Positions 47,907-54,742 of a stretch of 54,742 nt of DNA are shown one piece after another; position 1 is the stretch's first letter; each line of letters opens with the position of its first letter. The position numbers and the translations under genes were made by a program. The stretch lies in assembly GCA_964521705.1 (NCBI GenBank), contig CAZFUD010000001.1, forward strand, positions 1-54,742. Reading direction: 5' to 3'. The notes under the pieces are model-generated. The model did not search any database and was not told where the DNA came from. It worked only from the letters and a program-made list of their open reading frames with translations. The stretch is from an uncultured Opitutaceae bacterium (GTDB lineage: Bacteria; Verrucomicrobiota; Verrucomicrobiia; Opitutales; Opitutaceae).

Positions 47907-48965
47907 TTACAGTTCCTTTGCCCAAATATTACGAAACTGGATACGGTTGGAATGGTCCTGCAGCTCGATGGGCATGGCTTCCTTTGGAACCGGAAGCGCT
48001 CGTTCCGCCTGGCGGTGAGCCGTTTGATGAATCAGCTCTTCATTCCTCTGGACGAGGATTCCATTTAGCCGAACCGTCATTCGGGCATTCTCCTTGAGTT
48101 TCCCATTTTCAAACCTGGGCGCCCGGTAGGTTACATCGTAGGTTTGCCATTCCATCGGTGGGCGAGCGGCGTTCACTCTCGGAGGCGACAATTTGTACAG
48201 CGCACCCAGTTCGTTCCACCTACCATCAAGCCCATAGCTGTTGAGGATCTGGGCTTCGTACCCCTGAAAGAAAAGTCCGCTGTTACCCCTGCCCTGTCCG
48301 CTTTTTCCGGGCTCCACGGGATATCGAAACTCCATGTGGTAGCGAACGTCCTTGAATTTGCGCTTGGTAAAGATCGCTCCGCCAATCGGAGGGTTAGCAT
48401 TCGGGTTGGCCTTCGTGGGATTGATCTCCATGACACCATTATCCAGCAGCGTCCAAGTAACTGCTCGTCCGTCACCGTGCTGCCATTCATCGAAATCGCT
48501 TCCATCGAATAGACGAATGGCCCCTTTCGGAGGCTTTGCTCCCAAGGTTGGCGAACCGAGCTTGACCCGCTTTAATGAAAACTCGGCGACGTAGCTGCCA
48601 ATCGCCCCTTTGCCTTTCAGACCCGATTTGGTGACTCGGAAGTTCCAATTCCCATCCTTGGCAACAATCTCATCCCCCTTTAATCTCGCCTCGCCGGAAT
48701 AGTAGACGTCCGCTCGTAAATTGTGGTCCTGAGTGAACTTTATGCGGTAAAGCCCCTTATCGATATTGATCACCTGTGCGCACAATCTCGGATTGATCTC
48801 TTGGTAGCTCTTTTCCGGGCCGTTCAGCCACTCGCCAACGTAGTCCCCCATAAGGACCTTGTCCGCTTCAGCGACCTCCGTCCATTCGGGACCAGAGCCA
48901 GCGCCGAAAACGGTAGTAACAAAAAAGGCAAGCAGAGCTATGTAGGTGGTAGTTAGCTTTTTCAT
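47907..48965 (-). CDS. DUF1080 domain exported protein with N-terminal extension
   Basis: PPKGAIRLFDG, GQGRGNSG, YEAQILNS, EWQTYD, IELQDH, QFRNIW; signal peptide. Confidence 0.92.
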   Translation of the reverse strand: MKKLTTTYIALLAFFVTTVFGAGSGPEWTEVAEADKVLMGDYVGEWLNGPEKSYQEINPRLCAQVINIDKGLYRIKFTQDHNLRADVYYSGEARLKGDEIVAKDGNWNFRVTKSGLKGKGAIGSYVAEFSLKRVKLGSPTLGAKPPKGAIRLFDGSDFDEWQHGDGRAVTWTLLDNGVMEINPTKANPNANPPIGGAIFTKRKFKDVRYHMEFRYPVEPGKSGQGRGNSGLFFQGYEAQILNSYGLDGRWNELGALYKLSPPRVNAARPPMEWQTYDVTYRAPRFENGKLKENARMTVRLNGILVQRNEELIHQTAHRQAERALPVPKEAMPIELQDHSNRIQFRNIWAKEL

Positions 48966-49122
48966 AATATTCGAAAACCGGGGTGATATGGACTGGAACT
49001 AGACACGAACGCCAGCCAAGTGACAAGTCTTCTCGAAGATGAAGATTCCATCCTGAGAGCGTCGACTCGGTCGAGCTGTGCTTAGTGAGTCTTAGCGATT
49101 CGATTGGCTCTTTACTTGCTCA

Positions 49123-49560
49123 AACCACTGATGAACACGGATGGACACCGATATCCTCATCGAACCATTCTCTTCCACTAGAGCTTGGGATTTTTGAAGT
49201 TCAAGATATAGCCCAATCTCAATCCAGCAGCCTCGAGTTAATTTAGCATCTGACCGATCTCTCGGTCCGTGATTTTTAAATTACCTTTGTGTCAATGATG
49301 ATCTTGTCTAAGACGATGAGATCTGGAACATATTCGCCAACTTTCTCCGTCTTAAAGAAAATCCTGAATTTCTTTTGCTGCAGACGACAAGGAACGCCAC
49401 GCAAACGAAATTCGACTACGAGTGAGTTTGCATACGGCTTCTCATGAAACCCATGGCCAACCTCATTCAGAACCTCCATAGCCGCTCCTACAATTTGCTG
49501 CGACTCCCGCCTGAAAATTGGTTCTCACACATCAGTGCTCATCTGTGTCTATCAGTGGTT
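49123..49560 (-). mobile_element. Putative small element: GxxExxY gene bounded by 30-bp inverted repeats
   Basis: AACCACTGAT-GAACACGGAT-GGACACCGAT (49123-152) vs reverse complement of 49531-560 AACCACTGAT-AGACACAGAT-GAGCACTGAT, 24/30 identical; mobility is inferred. Confidence 0.6.
49157..49542 (-). pseudogene. GxxExxY protein (PD-(D/E)XK nuclease-like), decayed
   Basis: MSTDV*EPIF..IVGAAMEVLNEVGHGFHEKPY..YVPDLIVLDKIIIDTKVI /frameshift/ ITDREIGQMLN*LEAAGLRLGYILNFKNPKL*WKRMVR. Confidence 0.9.
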
Positions 49561-49605
49561 CACCCTTCCTTAACCCTATTCGCTCCCTACAAACCTGGTC
49601 ATAAT

Positions 49606-51018
49606 CTACTCTTTATCCGGCCACTCCCAATGAGGAGCTTCGGCGATCATGTCGCGGTGGACGGCAATCATTTCGTTGGAAAGCCGCTCGACCAGTCCAC
49701 GGTTTTCATTGGCCACATCGCGGCTTTGAGCTGGGTCTATTCTCAAGTTGTACAACTCGAAACGGTCCCAGGAGGACTCCTTGATGAAATCCATATCCGG
49801 CGCGACCATGGCGTGCGTTGAGGGCATCGTTTCATGGCGCAGATAGCCTAGCAAAACCCAATCGCCCTTGCGGAAGGCTCCCGCCGGCATTTGCTGGGTA
49901 ATCCCTTGAGCTCTCTGTCCCGATCCGGCTATCGATCGATAGAAGTACCACAATAGTGGCTTATCTCGGCTCCAACTCTCACCGAACAATGCCGGACTGA
50001 AATCCACCCCGTCTATCGTTCTATCTTTGGGGAGCGAAATGCCCGTGATCGAACATATCGTTGGAACCATATCTACGAAGTTAAGGGTCGCATCGCAAAC
50101 GGCTCCCGCGTTGATTCGCCCCGGCCAGCGCATCACACCGGGCTCGCGTATTCCTCCTTCGAATACCATAGACTTTTGGCCTCGAAAACCGCCATTGCTC
50201 GCGTCGTGCAGGGAGCCGTTATCAGAGGTGAACATCACTATGGTGTCTTCTCCTAATCCCAACTCGTCCAGCTTGTCCACCAAACGCCCCGCCGCATCAT
50301 CCAGATTTTGAATGTTCGCCAAGTACTCGTTTCGCTTTTCGTCGAAATTGTACTGAGCGACCATCTCAGGCGGCGAGGCGATGGGAGTGTGCGGCTCTTG
50401 GAAAGCCGCGTACAGAAAAAAGGGCTCATCGCCTCGTCTGCCCTCGAGCCATTGTATCGCATCATCCACTACGATTTGGCAGGCATAGCCTTCAATCACT
50501 CCCAAAGGTTTTCCATTGCGATGAAAATTGTCCGGATTTAAATGCGAGGGGCGAGCGTTGCTTGAAGTTCCAAACGAGTAATCAAAACCTTGCTCCAAAG
50601 GCTGAGGCTGATCCGTCCCGTAACCACTAAGGTGCCACTTCCCGAAATGGGCGGTTTGGTAACCTTCGGCTCCGAGGATTTCAGCCAGCGTAATCTCCGA
50701 ATCGGGAAGATGCATGGGATGAGGCACGCCATTCTCCGGCTGCGGCAAGTAGCTAAAAACGCCTACCCGAGAGGGATACCTACCCGTCAGTAAACCGGTG
50801 CGGCTCGGCGAACAGTTGGGGGCAGCAGCGTGGAGATCTGTAAATCGCATCCCTTCTTCCGCCAACTTGTCGATATTTGGTGTCTTCGCCTGGCCACCAA
50901 AAGAACCGAAATCCGAGTAACCGGCATCATCCGCCAGCATTATAACGATATTGGGCCGCGCCGATAAAACTGGGCCTATAGCTAAGCCAAGCCCGAGGGT
51001 TAGCAGAAAGAATTTCAT
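49606..51018 (-). CDS. Sulfatase
   Basis: PNIVIMLADDAGYSD, CSPSRTGLLTGR, GKWHL, SDNG, EGGIREP. Confidence 0.95.
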   Translation of the reverse strand: MKFFLLTLGLGLAIGPVLSARPNIVIMLADDAGYSDFGSFGGQAKTPNIDKLAEEGMRFTDLHAAAPNCSPSRTGLLTGRYPSRVGVFSYLPQPENGVPHPMHLPDSEITLAEILGAEGYQTAHFGKWHLSGYGTDQPQPLEQGFDYSFGTSSNARPSHLNPDNFHRNGKPLGVIEGYACQIVVDDAIQWLEGRRGDEPFFLYAAFQEPHTPIASPPEMVAQYNFDEKRNEYLANIQNLDDAAGRLVDKLDELGLGEDTIVMFTSDNGSLHDASNGGFRGQKSMVFEGGIREPGVMRWPGRINAGAVCDATLNFVDMVPTICSITGISLPKDRTIDGVDFSPALFGESWSRDKPLLWYFYRSIAGSGQRAQGITQQMPAGAFRKGDWVLLGYLRHETMPSTHAMVAPDMDFIKESSWDRFELYNLRIDPAQSRDVANENRGLVERLSNEMIAVHRDMIAEAPHWEWPDKE

Positions 51019-51288
51019 ATTGCGTAATGATGGAGTAGTTAGGTTTGTCGAAAGCTTAAGACGAGGAAATTCAAGCGATCGGATCCCAAAGCATGCAAAG
51101 TGATTCTAACTCCAAAGCCCTATGGCATAGCCCTTAGGCAACTTGAGAAAGGATTTTCCATTTCTTAGTCGCCATTTCAAACATAAGCCTGCAGGACAAA
51201 ACTACCCCATAAATGTTTGCTAGGAAAATAAATCTCGTCCTGAAAATCACGCCGATTCTCGCTAACCACGAACAAGCCGCGTAAAAAT

Positions 51289-51783
51289 TTGGGATCAGTC
51301 AAACAGATTGTCGATTCTCTCGGGCTAGAACCGCACCCAGAAGGCGGTTATTTCCGTCGAACCTATAAGTCGAAAACGATCGCGTCAATCGGCCCCACAC
51401 AGGCCAATCGACCCACGCTCACGTGTATCTATTATTTGTTGACTAGCGATTCTCCGATTGGGCATCTCCACGTAAATCGATCGGATATCGTCCATTTCTT
51501 TCAAGGAGGCTCTCCAATCACGTACACCCTAGTGCCGCCAAAAGGAGCCTTGGAAACGGTTACGTTGGGAACGGATATTGCCGCTGGGCAAAAGCTTCAA
51601 TTAACCGTGCAGGGAGGCTGGTGGAAAGCCAGCGAACTTGCCAGTGGGGAATACGGCCTAATCAGTGAAGCCGTCAGTCCCGGATTCAACTACGACGACA
51701 TGGCTTTCATTAGGAAAGCCGATATCCGCTCACGATGTCCCGGACTTGAAGGGCAGCTGAACCGCTTTATATCGAAGCGTTGA
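51289..51783 (+). CDS. Cupin family protein (DUF985/Cupin_5)
   Basis: LGLEPHPEGGYFRRTY, IYYLL, WKAS, ISEAVSPGFNYDD. Confidence 0.92.
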   Translation: MGSVKQIVDSLGLEPHPEGGYFRRTYKSKTIASIGPTQANRPTLTCIYYLLTSDSPIGHLHVNRSDIVHFFQGGSPITYTLVPPKGALETVTLGTDIAAGQKLQLTVQGGWWKASELASGEYGLISEAVSPGFNYDDMAFIRKADIRSRCPGLEGQLNRFISKR

Positions 51784-51842
51784 TGCACTAGGGCCAATCG
51801 CCGACAGCTTTCAGCAACTTGAGATAGTTGCAGGCAAGCAAG

Positions 51843-51908
51843 CGCGCCGAAACGTCGCGTTCCACCTATAAAGGAATGCAAAAGGTAGAGCCCGACCTCC
51901 GGGCGGGC
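51843..51908. repeat. REP-like doublet (family B)
   Basis: CGCGCCGAAACGTCGCGTTCCACC ... GGTAGAGCCCGACCTCCGGGCGGGC, near-identical to 19016-19085. Confidence 0.78.
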
Positions 51909-51988
51909 TTAAGCTGCAGCCAATGCGCTTGCGAGGGAGCGCTTTCCCAAGATTTAAATTGATCGAGTAGCTAAGTCAGCCCACGTCC

Positions 51989-53137
51989 CTACAGATGCCG
52001 GCTCAAGAGATCCTTGAAATCCTCTAGTGTGGGCTTGCGCGGATTAGTCAGATGACAGTGATCCTTCATCGAGTAATCTGCAAGCCGATCCAAGTCGCTT
52101 TCAGCGATACCCAGACCCGACAAGGCCAACGATACCCCTAGTTGCGTATTCAGTTTCTCAATATAATCAATAAAACCATCAGCGCAGCCATGGTCATCCA
52201 TTCCTTCTACCGGAATTCCCGCTGCTTGAGTGAGCAGGCGGAATTTGGGCAAGCAAAAGTCGCGGTTGAACTCGAGGCAAGCGGGCAGCAACACCGCATT
52301 CAAAGTCCCGTGGTGCCCCCCAAACAATCCGCCAATCGCGTGCGAAAGAGAATGGACGACCCCCAGTCCTTTCGCAAAGCCCATCCCGCCTAGCATGGCA
52401 GCGACCATCATATCTGATCTAGCTTCGATGTCAGATCCATCTTTGTAGGCTCTCAATATTGATGTGGTCGCTCTCCTGACTCCTTCCAATGCCAGTCCCT
52501 CTACGATGGGATTAAATTGGGGCGACAGGTATTCCTCTACACAATGCGTCAAGGCGTCCATCCCCGTTCCCGCCGTAAGGCTCTTGGGCAAGCCTACTGT
52601 CAATTCAGGATCGCAAATCGACATCGAGGGGAAGAGACGCGGCCCCACTACGGCGATTTTCGCTCCCTCGGTCTCCTCGATCAGTAGAGCTCCTCGAGCC
52701 ACTTCGCTACCCGTCCCCGCTGTTGTCGGAATAGCAATCATCTCCGGCATAGGCTGAGTCATGCGAGACCAGCCTTTTTCCCGAATTCCATAGTCCCGCA
52801 ATGGACCTTCGTGATGGACCAACAATCGGATTCCTTTCGCCGCGTCTAACGCGCTGCCTCCTCCAACTCCCACAACGCAATCACAATTTTCCGAGCGGAA
52901 AGCCTCTGCGCCCTTCCTGACATTGGCTTCAGATGGATTCGCATCCACCTCGCTGAAAACTGCTGATCCTTTCAGATTCGATGTATCTAGGATATCCGAA
53001 AAAAGGCCGTCCTCCAATAGGCCCGGGTCCGTAACCAGCAAAGGTCGCTTCGCGCCTAAATCGGCCAGGGCCTCGGGCAAAGCGGACACTGAACCCGAAC
53101 CAAACTTGATCGTGTTCGGGAATACAAAAGTTTCCAT
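51989..53137 (-). CDS. Iron-containing alcohol dehydrogenase
   Basis: GGGSALDAAK, PTTAGTGSE, GMDALTHCVE, HSLSH, HHG. Confidence 0.95.
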   Translation of the reverse strand: METFVFPNTIKFGSGSVSALPEALADLGAKRPLLVTDPGLLEDGLFSDILDTSNLKGSAVFSEVDANPSEANVRKGAEAFRSENCDCVVGVGGGSALDAAKGIRLLVHHEGPLRDYGIREKGWSRMTQPMPEMIAIPTTAGTGSEVARGALLIEETEGAKIAVVGPRLFPSMSICDPELTVGLPKSLTAGTGMDALTHCVEEYLSPQFNPIVEGLALEGVRRATTSILRAYKDGSDIEARSDMMVAAMLGGMGFAKGLGVVHSLSHAIGGLFGGHHGTLNAVLLPACLEFNRDFCLPKFRLLTQAAGIPVEGMDDHGCADGFIDYIEKLNTQLGVSLALSGLGIAESDLDRLADYSMKDHCHLTNPRKPTLEDFKDLLSRHL

Positions 53138-53152
53138 TTTCTTAGCAATAGC

Positions 53153-53899
53153 CTAACCGCGCCCCACGAAAGGCATCTTCGTCGTCATCACGGTCATGGA
53201 CAGGACATTGGCATCGAGCGGAAGGCTCGCCATATAAACGACCGCATTAGCCACATTATCCACCGACATGGTGGGCTCCACTTTCTTCCTCAAATCCGCC
53301 TGCAAAACACCTTGCTTCATCTTAGAGGTCATATCCGTAGTCGCATTACCGATATCGATCTGACCGCAGGCTATATCGTATTTGCGACCGTCCAAAGCCG
53401 TCGACTTGGTCAATCCGGTTATCGCGTGTTTCGTCGCCGTATATGGGGCCGAGTTTGGCCGGGGCGTTTGAGAGGATATGGAACCGTTGTTTATGATACG
53501 ACCGCCCTGCGGATCTTGGTTCTTCATGACCCGAAAGGCCGCCTGAGTGCAAAGGAAAGGGCCCGTGAGGTTTACATCAACCACGGCTCGCCAGTCGTTA
53601 GGATCAATATCTTCCAGTAAGGCAGCCGGACCAAATGTTCCTGCATTGTTGAACAGGACATCTACTCGTTCAAAGGCCTCAACGGTCCGGGCAAACAGAT
53701 TGTCTACCGAGCCCGCATCCGTAACATCTGTTGTCACCGCCAGAGCCTTGCCACCACCCGAGTTAATTTCCTCAGCCGTCGCATCCAAAGTTTCCTGACG
53801 CCTGCCGGCAAGCGAAACGGCATAACCTTCCTTAGCCAACGCCAATGCCACGCTTTTACCTATTCCGGATCCGCCACCTGTAATAATCGCTACTTTCAT
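53153..53899 (-). CDS. Short-chain dehydrogenase/reductase
   Basis: [22 protein letters not shown]; start moved to ATG 53899. Confidence 0.95.
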   Translation of the reverse strand: MKVAIITGGGSGIGKSVALALAKEGYAVSLAGRRQETLDATAEEINSGGGKALAVTTDVTDAGSVDNLFARTVEAFERVDVLFNNAGTFGPAALLEDIDPNDWRAVVDVNLTGPFLCTQAAFRVMKNQDPQGGRIINNGSISSQTPRPNSAPYTATKHAITGLTKSTALDGRKYDIACGQIDIGNATTDMTSKMKQGVLQADLRKKVEPTMSVDNVANAVVYMASLPLDANVLSMTVMTTKMPFVGRG

Positions 53900-54051
53900 A
53901 AGCCTCTCGTTTAAGCTGAAATGTGAGCGAAGATCGAACTCCGGCACTGAGGCGAACGCAAACCTTTTGGCATGTGGTATCGTGGCTCCCGGCTGAATCC
54001 GGATCGCCGAACATAACGCGGCGGATTGGCCCGCAATTTCGGTTCTAAGTA

Positions 54052-54238
54052 GTAGCACAGGCATCCTGCCTGCGTTTTTTGTCGATCAGACATGAGCTGG
54101 ATATCGCTGCGTAAAGCCGATCCCACACTCGCCGTTCCCGATAGGCTCCTTCATCCATGGCCTGTCAGGGCAAAAGGACCGCCCGAACTAGAACAAGCAT
54201 CCTGCCTGGTTAGGACACAGGCTGGATGCCCGGGCTAC
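54052..54238. repeat. REP-like cluster (family E)
   Basis: GTAGCACAGGCATCCTGCCTGCG (54052-74), partial direct copy 54188-209, inverted CACAGGCTGGATGCCCGGGCTAC (54216-38). Confidence 0.7.
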
Positions 54239-54239
54239 C

Positions 54240-54742
54240 TCAGGGATCATCCTCCAGACTGGGCATATCCACGGCGTTGTCTCGGCGCTCATGCATGTTA
54301 AACTCCATCGATTTAGGGTAGCGCATTGGCAATCTCGAAACTCCATCCAACCGATCTAATTGTTCTCGGCTCAATTGGATGCGGCTAGCTCCAACGTTGT
54401 CACGAAACTGTTCAGTATTTCGAGCGCCCACGATTACCGACGTGATTGCCGGCTGATCCAGTACCCAACGCGTGGCAACCTGGGCCGGGGTACAGGAAAG
54501 CTCATCGGAAAGTTCGAGTACAACATCTAGTATTTCGTCGGCATTGGGAGCGAAGAACTGGGGATTAAACACCCATTTGTCCGCGGAACGCGTTCCCTCT
54601 ATCTCGCCTCCACGATCTCTGTACTTGCCCGTCAATAAGCCGTTGGCGAGCGGGCTCCAAACCGCGACCCCCAAACCCTTGTACTGGCATAGCGGAACCA
54701 GCTCTTCCTCAATATCGCGGGTCAGCAGATTGTACTGCGGCT
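54240..54742 (-). CDS. Aldo/keto reductase, 5' end outside window
   Basis: PQYNLLTRDIEEELVP, WSPLANGLLTGKY, PAQVA..WVL, IVGAR..EQ..DN. Confidence 0.93.
   Translation of the reverse strand, partial: PQYNLLTRDIEEELVPLCQYKGLGVAVWSPLANGLLTGKYRDRGGEIEGTRSADKWVFNPQFFAPNADEILDVVLELSDELSCTPAQVATRWVLDQPAITSVIVGARNTEQFRDNVGASRIQLSREQLDRLDGVSRLPMRYPKSMEFNMHERRDNAVDMPSLEDDP

Noticed and set aside
51122-51140. Sigma54 promoter at TGGCATAGCCCTTAGGCA
   Set aside because: The GC is not at the required GG-N10-GC spacing.

Overview
Bacterial chromosomal segment of mostly housekeeping and heterotrophic genes. The six sulfatases, two DUF1080 proteins, permease-DtxR fusion and a CTERM-like microprotein suggest a marine Verrucomicrobiota (Opitutales-like) host, but this is inference only. 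It carries mscS, a two-gene hsp20 operon, patB/malY, an SRAP peptidase, mgtE, cheX, thyA-folA and a GH5. It also carries tRNA-Ile2(CAT) followed by an ISL3 element, a Mn/Zn ABC operon with an OprB porin, galM with an SSS transporter, and a cobalamin-riboswitch-led btuBFCD-pduO operon. Three genes are broken: a methyltransferase, tctC and a GxxExxY gene. The most interesting signals are non-coding. (1) A decayed GxxExxY nuclease gene is bracketed by 30-bp inverted repeats made of three 10-mers, which looks like a small unclassified mobile element. (2) A cryptic second copy of the tRNA has its anticodon arm replaced by a palindrome and its T arm interrupted by an insert and the IS. (3) One IS end carries a triplicated 8-mer. 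(4) Sigma54 promoter/enhancer layouts precede the hsp20 operon and a 73-aa CTERM-like microprotein. (5) Five distinct REP-doublet families are present. No CRISPR array, rRNA or prophage was seen. All family calls come from motif recognition by eye, not database searches.
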